Shown: positions 1 to 9,626 of the stretch, piece by piece
Position numbering within the stretch: position 1 is the first letter of the stretch
How the letters are laid out: every line of letters starts with the position of its first letter
Assembly: GCA_963841015.1 (NCBI GenBank)
Contig: CAWJAX010000002.1
Coordinates: 224,001 to 288,000 of the forward strand
Reading direction: 5' to 3'
DNA length: 64,000 bases
From: an uncultured Methanoregulaceae archaeon
GTDB lineage: Archaea; Halobacteriota; Methanomicrobia; Methanomicrobiales; Methanospirillaceae
Notes under the pieces: model-generated
What the model was told of the DNA's origin: nothing
The model's input: the letters and a program-made list of their open reading frames with translations, nothing else
The model's database searches: none
Made by a program: the position numbers and the translations under genes

Positions 1-24
1 TAGCGCTTTGGCGGGTGAGCATGT

Positions 25-438
25 TCAGGATCTTTTGATCTTCTTTAAGGTAATATCAAGAATCCTGTTATGCACGGTAAACCAGCTGCGGGTTATTTCA
101 ACAGGTGTATGCAGGACGATGACAGCTACACGTTCGTCAATAAAGACATGAAGTGCATCCTGCATTATTTCGACATGCGGTGTGCTTACGAGACCCGATG
201 GCAGCCTTGCGGTAATGAAGATACACTCCTCAGATTCTATCGTTTCAAAGGGCAACCTGCGGCTATCATCCTCGCCGGTCAGCCGGAAGGCAACCGGTGG
301 TATAACCGGACCCTGGGTAACAGAAAAACCCATGACCCGTACGTGCTGGTGTCCAGGAAGGTTCCTGATAATCTCTGAAAGAATCTCTGTGAGAGCGGGA
401 CCAATATCACCCTGGGGATTGTCCTGCTTTTTTATCAC
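25..438 (-). CDS. Hypothetical protein, C-terminal Hsp20/CS-like beta-sandwich
   Basis: 137 aa ORF, GGAG site upstream of GTG; C-terminus (..FTVHNRILDITLKK) resembles the small heat-shock/CS strand pattern. Confidence 0.55.
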   Translation of the reverse strand: MIKKQDNPQGDIGPALTEILSEIIRNLPGHQHVRVMGFSVTQGPVIPPVAFRLTGEDDSRRLPFETIESEECIFITARLPSGLVSTPHVEIMQDALHVFIDERVAVIVLHTPVEITRSWFTVHNRILDITLKKIKRS

Positions 439-638
439 GACTACTCCTCCATCCCGGATCTGACGATAGTCTGCTTTGAATGATAAATCTTTGTATGCAG
501 GGGTCTGCCAGCAATTTTCGGGAAATTTCTGTCACTGCTGCTGATCTTCACCTTGGCTGTCCGGCCAGAACCGCTTCATATTGCTGGAGATGGCGCTTTT
601 TCCATATGTTTAATAATTTTGTGTACAAATCCGTGATA

Positions 639-1096
639 ATGGATACCCGGCCTGCGCTGATTGCTCTCATCCTCATTATCTGCGTACTTTCTGCCGGTTG
701 TACTTCACTTTTTCCCACACGTTCTTCTAAAGGACCGTCTGAGCTGACCGGGCCATCCTGGCGTCTGGTCTCCTATTATGGCGGCAACCAGACGGTAGTG
801 TCAGTTGGTCCCCGGATAAATCTCACCCTGAAATTCAGTGAGGAGGGAACTGTCAGCGGATACATGGATGGGTGCAGGAGCTTTTCCGGCCACTATACAA
901 CCCTGGGAGAGACGATCTCGGTCACCAACTTCACCGGGGTTGAAGGGAATACCTGCCCCTGGACTCCGGATACCGATGAGGTAAAAACCACCAGTATCAC
1001 CCTGCTGCAAAAGTCCCCCGGTTCAATATCAATGAGGGCACGCTGGTCTTTGGGTATTTTGATGCCCAGCGATTCCTCCTATTCCAGAGAACCTGA
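639..1096 (+). CDS. META-domain (HslJ-like) lipoprotein, apparent frameshift near 1015
   Basis: MDTRPALIALILIICVLSAGC lipobox; LTGPSWRLVSY and GCRSFSGHY META motifs; C-terminus FNINEGTLVFGYFDAQRFLLFQRT* lies in another frame after a C-run. Confidence 0.7.
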
Positions 1097-1121
1097 TCAG
1101 CATACGAACTCTGCGATGCCC

Positions 1122-1832
1122 TCATGCTTCAGGAACTGCGGGAGGCACTTTTTTCCCGGCATGTTTCTTTATGTGCATAATCAGGTCTGCATACATCTTG
1201 AGGACAAGGAACAGTACCACCACCGGCAGCGTGGATTCAATCCCGGCTGCAGAAAGGATCGACACCAGAAATGCCCCGAAGATGATGGTAAGGTGCATCG
1301 GGAAGATCCTTGAATACGGGTGAAAAAACTCTTCTGCGATATAATTCCCTCCTTTTGGTTCATCGTGACGGTAGTAAAGGGAAGAGTACAGGTGGTTTGC
1401 AAAGAAGAGCCCGCAGGAGGCCCAGACTTCAGGACTTGAAAAGTTGACCACCCCAAAAAGTCCGGACCCCACAATAAACTCATAATAGCCCCAGTGGAAG
1501 AGTCCGTAATGGAAGGCAAAGAACCCGGCAATGAAATATTTGTAGTACCCGGCAAAGTATCGGTTCATCATCCCCACACTGACGTTCTTCTCAGCAGACG
1601 GTGAGATGTCGGCAGTCAGCGCTGCGGTATCGGCTCTGGTGAGCGAGATGATGGTGAATAATCCGATGATGATACTCTGTGCCCAGTAGATGAACAGGAC
1701 GGTGGCAGCGTCCCAGTTGCCGGCAACCGCAAGGACAATAGTGATAATATTTGAGCAAAGGAGCGAAATGACCGGGGGAGTAACCTCAAATCCTCCCGGA
1801 ATGATTCGGGAAAGGGCAGGTGGGATCTTCAT
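1122..1832 (-). CDS. Membrane protein, DUF6498-like
   Basis: Multi-TM 236 aa; GNWDAATVLFIYWAQSIIIG, FFAFHYGLF and PYSRIFPMHLTII motifs. Confidence 0.75.
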   Translation of the reverse strand: MKIPPALSRIIPGGFEVTPPVISLLCSNIITIVLAVAGNWDAATVLFIYWAQSIIIGLFTIISLTRADTAALTADISPSAEKNVSVGMMNRYFAGYYKYFIAGFFAFHYGLFHWGYYEFIVGSGLFGVVNFSSPEVWASCGLFFANHLYSSLYYRHDEPKGGNYIAEEFFHPYSRIFPMHLTIIFGAFLVSILSAAGIESTLPVVVLFLVLKMYADLIMHIKKHAGKKVPPAVPEA

Positions 1833-1918
1833 TCAGACAGTCTTTTATTGATGCACAAGGTTCAAGGATGTTGCGATCCTGCTGTCCTCGGGTAAATGTA
1901 CTAAAAAATGGATGAATT

Positions 1919-2411
1919 TTATTCCGGAATGAATACGTCCCTTGGTGTCGTCAGTTTTCCTTCATTACCCGATTCTGGATCCTGGTCGGGTTCAGCCGGG
2001 ACGATTCCGTGGTTGTACCCAACATCGACAGAATCCTCCCTGATGGCACATGCCCGGTCATACGAGTCGATCGCTCATGCCTGCCTGGAAGTTCAGAAAA
2101 AGAAAGGACTATACCACTTGCGTAGCCTATCAGGAATCCAAAAAAGGGACCGGGCTTCCTTAGAGCGATTGTGTATCTTTTGGATAGTATACCAGAATTA
2201 TGAGGATAATAACGGCTCCGGTAACAATCATCAGGATGCTCTGGCTGCCAGGGCTGATAAATCCAAGGCTTGCAGGGTATTTGACAGTATGATATGCGTT
2301 CACTGACCAGGGAAACGACTCGTAAAAATGCCGGTAACCCGTCTGGAAAAAGATCACCAGGATGGCAGTTACGATAATAACCAGGGAAATGAGCGTATTT
2401 TTGGGGGACAT
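1919..2411 (-). pseudogene. Small membrane protein with several apparent frameshifts
   Basis: Hydrophobic ORF 2411-2160 appears to continue in alternate frames (KRYTIALRKPGPFFGFLIGY..., AIDSYDRACAIREDSVDVGYNHG...). Confidence 0.35.
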
Positions 2412-2707
2412 GTAATCTCTCTTTCATCTGTTATGTACAGGAGATGAACAGGGAATCCTCCTGTACCAGTGCACGCTCAATTCATTAAATACTATACGGT
2501 GCATACGAATATGAGAGCACATGGCATTCCTTACCCGTGATACAAAATTCCTGATATTCCTTGCCATTATTGCACTAATAACCAATGTTATTCCCTTTTA
2601 TTTACTCCTCAGGTTTGGAAAACCCTGAAATACCTACACGGCAGGCTGCTGTCATATTCTTCTTTTTAAAAAAAAGGCACGGGTTTTGGCCGGATTTCTG
2701 TATCCGG

Positions 2708-3331
2708 TTAACCAGGTTTATTTCTTTTTAAGAGGGATTTTATGCCTTCGCTTCCGGGGATGGTGAGAAAATACAGCCAGGAAACAATAACGGCTGCTAT
2801 TGAACCGATAGTGTGACAAATATCATCACCGATCAGGTCGGGGAGACCTTCATCGAACATCGCGTTGAGGGTAATATCAAAGTAAACCTCCCCGATTTTC
2901 CAGATTCCCCCGAGGAATGCCACCAGGAGAAAGATTCCAATCAGGACGGTTGTTCGTTTAAACCTGATACCATACATGTCAAGAATCAGGAAAGAAGCTA
3001 ACATTACCAATCCTACCGCCATGCCGGAGATAAAATGGGCCAGCTTGTCATACAAGGGAAATACGGGTGACCAGTACCAGTCCATGATGCCACCCGCAAC
3101 GTGTATGAAGATGGCAAGAGGTATCATGAGTTTTATCCCAAACGGGAATGATATCCGCAGCAGCCTCTCAAAAGCATAGGGGATCAGCGGAATGAAAAAT
3201 GATCCAATCGCTATTTTCATCCGGGGGATATCATCGATATTCCTTGCATGAACCGCAAGAGCGATAAAACTTATCTCAAAAAGAATTACAATTATATTCT
3301 CGATTATTCTCGGGTTGATAGAAAATCCCCT
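2708..3331 (-). CDS. Membrane protein with YDKxxH / WExxE / D motif set (DUF2238/YjdF-like), paralog 2; AGG at expected start
   Basis: Clear paralog of 3468-4088 (NIDDIPRMKIAI, LLRISFP, AGGIM, YDKLAHF); alignment puts the start at 3331. Confidence 0.7.
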   Translation of the reverse strand, partial: RGFSINPRIIENIIVILFEISFIALAVHARNIDDIPRMKIAIGSFFIPLIPYAFERLLRISFPFGIKLMIPLAIFIHVAGGIMDWYWSPVFPLYDKLAHFISGMAVGLVMLASFLILDMYGIRFKRTTVLIGIFLLVAFLGGIWKIGEVYFDITLNAMFDEGLPDLIGDDICHTIGSIAAVIVSWLYFLTIPGSEGIKSLLKRNKPG

Positions 3332-3467
3332 GCCCTTTTTTATAAATTCAATGTTCTTATGTGTTAAAAAACCTGCCAAAACAAAAAAAGAACCCCTGAT
3401 TTCATTCTGCGCTGAGTGAAATCTTTCCGGGTATTTCACTTGATGAGACGGATATTTCAGCACCGGC

Positions 3468-4088
3468 TTACGGGTCTTTCCTGAGCAGCCAGGAAAGTCT
3501 CTTACCGGGCGGTACAGAATCCATCCACCGTTTAGCAACATACAGGCAGATAATAATACCAATGATATTTCCTGTCATATCACCGATACTGTCATACACG
3601 CCACCGGAGTAGGTCGTCATCATCACACTGTCAATCGACATCTCCTCGAACTCCCATATTATTCCGAAGAGGAATGTGATCAGTGCAGTTAAGACCAGGA
3701 CTCCTTTCTTTTGTATTCCCCAGGTCGTGAACAGGATAGCGGTCAGGAGACTGACAAAGATCACGAGCCCAAGCGCAATCCCGCCTATTAAGTGAGCAAT
3801 CTTATCATAATAGATACCCGATAACTCCCAATACCACCGCATGATCCCTCCTGCAGTATGCATAAACAGGGCAAACGGTATCATACCTTTTACCCCGGGC
3901 GGAAACGAAATCCGCAGCAGTTTCTCAGCGACATAAGGGATCAGGGTCATGAAAAATGCCGTAATTGCGATCTTCATCCGGGGGATATCATCGATATTGA
4001 CTGCCTGGATAGCCAGTAAAATAAAACTTATCTCAAAAAGGATAACAATGATACTCTCAATCGTTTCCGGCTTGATGGAAAATCCCAT
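3468..4088 (-). CDS. Membrane protein with YDKxxH / WExxE / D motif set (DUF2238/YjdF-like), paralog 1
   Basis: 206 aa multi-TM; HTAGG, YYDKIAH, IWEFEE, DSIGDM motifs. Confidence 0.8.
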   Translation of the reverse strand: MGFSIKPETIESIIVILFEISFILLAIQAVNIDDIPRMKIAITAFFMTLIPYVAEKLLRISFPPGVKGMIPFALFMHTAGGIMRWYWELSGIYYDKIAHLIGGIALGLVIFVSLLTAILFTTWGIQKKGVLVLTALITFLFGIIWEFEEMSIDSVMMTTYSGGVYDSIGDMTGNIIGIIICLYVAKRWMDSVPPGKRLSWLLRKDP

Positions 4089-4266
4089 TTTTATTCCATA
4101 GGTTAAATGCTCTCATCCGATAAAAAACCTGCCGGACGTAAGGGATCTGACCAGGATAAACCGGTTTTGATACTCGCCCGGTTATCCCTTCTGCGGTCAG
4201 AGGAAAAACAGGGAGGACGCCCTAATTGTTCCCTGAACCTTTTGATGATAAAAAAAAGACAAAAAA

Positions 4267-5289
4267 TTATTTTTTTTCGATCTGCGGGAACGGAATGTCG
4301 ATACCCTCATCAGCAAACCGCCCGGCTATCTGCAGGTTGATGGCATCTTTTACCTCATCGGTAAGATTGTATTTTTTTGCCCATACGTACAGAATAAACT
4401 TCAGGCCGGATTCTCCGAATTCACTGAAAAATACCTGGGGGGCGGGTTCTTCCAGAAGGTACCCGGTTTTTTGAATCACCGAATACGAAATGTCAAGCAG
4501 GAGCTCTTTTACCTTAGCGGGATCGGTTCCGGAGACAACAGAAACAGGGATTGAAATGCGGAGTTTCTGGTCAGGTTGTGAATAATTCGTGACATAATTC
4601 GTGGTAATCTTATTGTTGGGTATTGTGATGATCTGGTTGTCCGGGGTCCTGATCCGCGTGCTACGAACCCCGATATCGGTTACATCCCCATAATAATGTT
4701 CGATTTTAACCCTGTCACCGACTTGTAACGGTTTGTCAATCGTAATAACAGCTCCGCCGTAAAAGTTAGAGATAAGGTCCTGGGCCGCGAGCGCAAATGC
4801 CAGGCCGATGATACCCGCCCCGGCAAGAAACGGTGTGATATTGACATCAAGATTGACGAGGATCAGCATGATGCCGATAAACCAGATGACGTACCGGGCC
4901 GTAAGTTCAAGGAACTCAATGAGCCGGTCATTGAGAGGTCCCTCACCCTTTTCTGCAAGGTCATGACCGTAGTTCAGAATAATATTATGGGCAAGAGAGC
5001 TGGCGATCCAGGTTCCCAGCAGGATATAAATCGAATTCAGAACATCATCTGAAATTGTCCAGGCATACTGTTCGGGAACGATGCCAAAATATTTCAGTGC
5101 GATATAGACCGAAACAGCAACGATGCCTACCTGGACGGGTGTACCTATCGCAGCAATGAGGATATCATCCCAATGGGTCCTGGTGGTTTCCGCGTACTTT
5201 TTCAGCCATCGCACAATAGTTCGTGCCAAAATGGCGACGACAATCCCGATGATGACTGTTAAAATCGCGTAAATCATGCCGGTTTCCAT
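4267..5289 (-). CDS. mscS: Small-conductance mechanosensitive channel (MscS family)
   Basis: AGAGIIGLAFALAAQDLISNFYGG, VGDRVKI..GDVTDIGVRSTRIRT, GIDIPFPQ. Confidence 0.93.
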   Translation of the reverse strand: METGMIYAILTVIIGIVVAILARTIVRWLKKYAETTRTHWDDILIAAIGTPVQVGIVAVSVYIALKYFGIVPEQYAWTISDDVLNSIYILLGTWIASSLAHNIILNYGHDLAEKGEGPLNDRLIEFLELTARYVIWFIGIMLILVNLDVNITPFLAGAGIIGLAFALAAQDLISNFYGGAVITIDKPLQVGDRVKIEHYYGDVTDIGVRSTRIRTPDNQIITIPNNKITTNYVTNYSQPDQKLRISIPVSVVSGTDPAKVKELLLDISYSVIQKTGYLLEEPAPQVFFSEFGESGLKFILYVWAKKYNLTDEVKDAINLQIAGRFADEGIDIPFPQIEKK

Positions 5290-5425
5290 ACCTATAGTAT
5301 GGGTGATGCATCAAAAAAATCTTTTTTACCAGGAATCTTTTCAGATTCCTCTCATGCCGCTGTCATATCCGATACCTTTTTCGGGTCACACAGAGTAGTC
5401 AGGACTACTTAGGAAGTGGACATGC

Positions 5426-6253
5426 ATGGAACCCTCACAGATTGTCGTTCTGATTATCTCCGTGATAATTATCCTTGTGATTTTAGCGTTGAGCATAAAG
5501 ATTGTCAACCAGTGGGAACGCGTGGTCCTGTTGTACCTGGGACGATATGTAGGGATACGTGGACCAGGACTGATAATCATTATCCCATTCCTCAATACGA
5601 TCCCGTATATCATCGACACCCGGGTGATCACGACTTCGTTTAATGCTGAACAGACGCTCACCAAGGATACGGTGCCGGTGGATGTCGATGCGGTACTGTT
5701 CTGGCAGGTCTTTGATGTCGAGAAAGCCGCCCTTGAAGTACAGAACTACAAGGATTCCGTGCTTCTTGCAGCGCAGACTGCTCTGCGGGATGTGATTGGC
5801 AAGACCATGCTTGCCGATATGCTGGCCGGCAGGGAAATGATTGACGCTGAACTCCAGAAGACCATCCAGCGCAGGATTGACGGCTGGGGCATCAATGTCT
5901 TATCCGTGGAAATACGGGACGTCGAAATCCCGGTAAATTTACAGAATGCCATGTCTATGCAGGCGCAGGCTGAACGTGAACGCCAGGCACGGGTCATCCT
6001 TGGTGATTCTGAACGCCAGATTGCGAAGAGCTTTGAGGATGCCTCAAAGACCTATGCCGGTAATCCGACCGCACTTCACCTGAGGGGCATGAATATGCTG
6101 TATGAAGGACTCAAAACAAATAATTCTGTCCTGATACTTGTCCCGTCATCCGTCCTGAATACCATGGGACTGGGCGACACGACCGGCATTATTGCACTCG
6201 CCCAGAACATGAAGAAGGAAAAAGAGGAAAGGAAGAACGAACCGGCAGAATAA
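5426..6253 (+). CDS. SPFH/band 7 (stomatin/slipin) family protein
   Basis: N-terminal TM; RGPGL, TKDTVPVDVDAV, AQTALRDVIG, QAQAERERQARVI. Confidence 0.93.
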   Translation: MEPSQIVVLIISVIIILVILALSIKIVNQWERVVLLYLGRYVGIRGPGLIIIIPFLNTIPYIIDTRVITTSFNAEQTLTKDTVPVDVDAVLFWQVFDVEKAALEVQNYKDSVLLAAQTALRDVIGKTMLADMLAGREMIDAELQKTIQRRIDGWGINVLSVEIRDVEIPVNLQNAMSMQAQAERERQARVILGDSERQIAKSFEDASKTYAGNPTALHLRGMNMLYEGLKTNNSVLILVPSSVLNTMGLGDTTGIIALAQNMKKEKEERKNEPAE

Positions 6254-6344
6254 TATTTCATCCCCCTTTTTTCTCCCATTTGTTACCGTTCATGAACATG
6301 GGTCCGGACATTACTGAATTATATAACCGGTTTTCCGCATACTA

Positions 6345-6465
6345 TCTCCGGTCATTCCCTGATGCCAGATGCAATCAGCTGTAGACCCCTGCCTTCCGCG
6401 GTATGATGGCGGACGGTACGTGCTGATTAAAATTAAGGGCCTTAAAGCGAAAGGATTGGGATTCT
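6345..6465 (+). ncRNA. Candidate small structured RNA
   Basis: ORF-free, between convergent genes, downstream of TTATATA (6319-6325); nested stems AATCAGC/GCTGATT and TCCGC/GCGGA. Confidence 0.3.
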
Positions 6466-6502
6466 GTAAAAAGAGGAGCGGAGAAAGGAAAACTGGAATG
6501 TG

Positions 6503-6994
6503 TTAGACCGGTTGTACCTGCATAGGGAAGGGATAATCATCATCAATGACGGTGTACTGGTCTCCGGATGTCATGGTCATGACAACGATCACCCGGTCGG
6601 TCTTCAACGTTCCCATGAGTGTCACGCTCTCGCCCATACCGGGATTCTTCCGCGTCGCCTGTTCCGTGACACAATCCGAGCGGATAACCGTGACATTCAT
6701 CTGTTGGACCATTCCGTTCCCTTTTCCGCCATTGAACGTAACGGTAATTGTGGGTTCTGATGTTATCGTATTACGGTCGACCGAAACACTCACGGATTGA
6801 TAGGATGGCACTATCTGGGTCGGTCCGGGTACGAGTGAACAGCTCTTTGTCGGAAGTGCAGTCAGCCTTGGTGTGGTGACCGTGACTGTGGGAGCAGGAG
6901 TGGTGGGAGACGGGGGTGAATTCTGGACACATCCTGCGAAAAGAATACAGAGCATGAGCGTGAGGAAAATGAGGGTAAGGAAGGCTTTTTTCAT
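6503..6994 (-). CDS. Secreted lipoprotein, hypothetical
   Basis: Signal peptide with FAGC lipobox, P/T-rich linker, beta-rich domain. Confidence 0.75.
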   Translation of the reverse strand: MKKAFLTLIFLTLMLCILFAGCVQNSPPSPTTPAPTVTVTTPRLTALPTKSCSLVPGPTQIVPSYQSVSVSVDRNTITSEPTITVTFNGGKGNGMVQQMNVTVIRSDCVTEQATRKNPGMGESVTLMGTLKTDRVIVVMTMTSGDQYTVIDDDYPFPMQVQPV

Positions 6995-7217
6995 GGCAAG
7001 GGATTTGTACGACTATCTATTTACTTCTCTCTCATTTTTTTCAAAAGCACAAAAAAATGGAAAAGGCATACGAGCGGTTCAACAGGAGCTCTTTTTTTTT
7101 AGGCCGGTTCAAAGATTGTTCAGTAATGTTGTGGATTTATAAAGTCATACCTAGAATAGTTTTTCCACCAGCTTCCTCACCAGATTTGAAATCCATGAGC
7201 TAAGAGGCAGTAATCTT

Positions 7218-9623
7218 ATGGGTTCAGGATACCTTCCATCCATAATCCGGAATCAGCTGAAACCAGCTATGGTAATTTTTTTTCTGCTTACTCTTATCAC
7301 CGGCATTTTCTACCCGCTTTTGATAACCGGAATCGCACAACTGATCTTTCCCGTTCAGGCAAACGGGAATTTTGTAGTGCATGAGGGTAAGGTAGCAGGT
7401 TCAGCTCTTATCGGGCAGCCGTTTACTTCACCGGGATATTTCTGGGGTCGTCCTTCTGCCACATCAGTGGCACCCTATAATGCCGGACTCTCGTCAGGGT
7501 CAAATCTCGGCCCCTCGAATCCTGCCCTCATCAATGCGGTGAATGCCAGAGTAGAATCCCTTCATGCGGCCGATCCTGCTAACAAGCTCCCGATCCCCAT
7601 CGATCTTGTCACGGCATCAGCAAGCGGACTCGATCCTGATATCAGTGTCGCTTCTGCCTATTACCAGGTTCATCGGATCGCCCTGGAACGCAACATGAGT
7701 GAAGAAAGCGTTCACTCTCTTGTCAACAGCCGCATCGAACCCCGTCAGTTCTGGATCTTTGGCGAACCCCGGGTGAATGTATTGGCGCTCAACCTCGCCC
7801 TTGATGACATGAGCAGGACCACTATCCTCCATTCATCGTCAGTTCAGCCGGATTTCCCCCAATCGGACGAATCAGGATTGCGTATTTCGGACTGGATTGT
7901 CCTGATCCTCTTTTTCGGTTTCTTTGTAGTAACGGTCGTGCCTCTGGGACGATTCATGGTGAAGGTTATCAAAGGAGAACCCCACATTCTCTCGCCCATC
8001 AGCACACCGCTCGAACATTATCTTCTTGCATGGTCGCAGGTAAAGGCGGATGAAGAGATGGACTGGAAGACCTTTGCGATCGCAATGATGGTCTTCTCCC
8101 TTGTGGGGATCATCTTCCTCTTTGTGCTCCAGCTGGTCCAGGCCGGCCTGCCACTCAATCCCGCCGGTGTAGGATCACCCTCATGGGATCTTTCGCTGAA
8201 TACTGCAGTAAGTTTTGTTACGAACACTGACTGGCAGGCGTATGCCGGAGAGACCGGTGTCAGTTATCTCACCCAGATGGTGGGGCTGTGCGTCCAGAAC
8301 TTTACCTCAGCGGCAACAGGAATGGCAGTCCTCGTTGGCCTCATATATGGTCTCTCCCGCAGGTCTTCTTCCACAATCGGAAATTTCTGGGTACTGTTGA
8401 TCCGAAGTATTATGATCCTTCTCCCCCTCAGCATAATCCTTTCACTCATTCTGGTATCGCAGGGCGCCGTCCAGACTTTTCAGGGACCGGTTACCGTTCC
8501 GCTTCTCGATCCGGTTCAGGATGCCGGTGGGTCTCTTGTTACCACCCAGACGATTCCGCTTGGACCCGTTGCATCACAGGTTGCAATCAAACAGCTTGGG
8601 GTAAACGGGGGAGGTTTCTTCAACACGAACTCTGCTCACCCGTTTGAGAACCCGACACCGTTCACCAATTTCATCGAGATTGTTGCGATTCTTCTGATCC
8701 CGGCAGCGCTCTGTTATTCATTCGGCAGGATGGTCGGGGCCGGGAGGAAAGGTATCAGTATCCTGATCGCAATGACCCTTATTTTCATACCACTCCTGGG
8801 CTTTGCTATCTGGGCAGAACACGGGGGCAATCCCGCATTTGACGGTATGGGGATCGACCAGACCACGACGGTTCTCCAGCCTGGTGGCAACATGGAGGGC
8901 AAGGAAGTCCGGTTCGGCATTATGTCCTCGGCCCTCTTCTCGGTAGTGACCACATCGGCATCCTGTGGTGCGGTCAATTCAATGCACGATTCATTCACCC
9001 CCTTAGGGGGTTTTGTCCAGCTCCTCCTGATGCAGCTGGGGGAGGTGATCTATGGTGGAATCGGGTCCGGGTTATACGTCATGCTCGTTTTTGTCATCAT
9101 CGCGATGTTCATTGCCGGGCTCATGGTCGGGCGGACACCGGAGTATCTCGGTAAAAAGATTGAACCCAGGGAAATGACCATTGCAACCATCATTATTCTC
9201 ATACCCATCCTCCTGATTCTCATCTCTTCAGCAGTCGCAGTACTCGTGGATCCTGGAACGACCGCAGTCCTCAATCCGGGCCCCCATGGCTTCTCGGAGA
9301 TCCTGTATGCATTTACCTCTGCGTCCCAGAATAATGGCAGCGCTTTTGCGGGGCTTTCTGCCAACAGTGTATTTTATAATCTTACGACTGCTCTCTGCAT
9401 GTTCATCGGTCGCTTCGGTACCGCAATTCTCACCCTGGCTCTTGCCGGTTCACTCGTCGTAAAAAAGATTGTTCCGGCGGGGGAGGGAACCCTGTCAGAT
9501 CATCGTCCGCTTTTCATCCTCTGGCTGGTCTTTGTGGTGTTCATTATCGGGGTGCTCAGTTTCCTTCCGGCTCTTGCCCTGGGTCCCATTGTTGAGTACC
9601 TCATGCTTGGCGGGGGTGTATGA
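7218..9623 (+). CDS. kdpA: K+-transporting ATPase KdpC-KdpA fusion protein
   Basis: First ~195 aa KdpC (GSALIGQ, YFWGRPSA, SGSNLGP, TASASGLDPDIS, GEPRVNVLALNLAL) followed in frame by KdpA (NTAVSFVTNTDWQ, NGGGFF, SCGAVN, NNGSAFAG). Confidence 0.93.
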   Translation: MGSGYLPSIIRNQLKPAMVIFFLLTLITGIFYPLLITGIAQLIFPVQANGNFVVHEGKVAGSALIGQPFTSPGYFWGRPSATSVAPYNAGLSSGSNLGPSNPALINAVNARVESLHAADPANKLPIPIDLVTASASGLDPDISVASAYYQVHRIALERNMSEESVHSLVNSRIEPRQFWIFGEPRVNVLALNLALDDMSRTTILHSSSVQPDFPQSDESGLRISDWIVLILFFGFFVVTVVPLGRFMVKVIKGEPHILSPISTPLEHYLLAWSQVKADEEMDWKTFAIAMMVFSLVGIIFLFVLQLVQAGLPLNPAGVGSPSWDLSLNTAVSFVTNTDWQAYAGETGVSYLTQMVGLCVQNFTSAATGMAVLVGLIYGLSRRSSSTIGNFWVLLIRSIMILLPLSIILSLILVSQGAVQTFQGPVTVPLLDPVQDAGGSLVTTQTIPLGPVASQVAIKQLGVNGGGFFNTNSAHPFENPTPFTNFIEIVAILLIPAALCYSFGRMVGAGRKGISILIAMTLIFIPLLGFAIWAEHGGNPAFDGMGIDQTTTVLQPGGNMEGKEVRFGIMSSALFSVVTTSASCGAVNSMHDSFTPLGGFVQLLLMQLGEVIYGGIGSGLYVMLVFVIIAMFIAGLMVGRTPEYLGKKIEPREMTIATIIILIPILLILISSAVAVLVDPGTTAVLNPGPHGFSEILYAFTSASQNNGSAFAGLSANSVFYNLTTALCMFIGRFGTAILTLALAGSLVVKKIVPAGEGTLSDHRPLFILWLVFVVFIIGVLSFLPALALGPIVEYLMLGGGV

Positions 9624-9626
9624 ACC

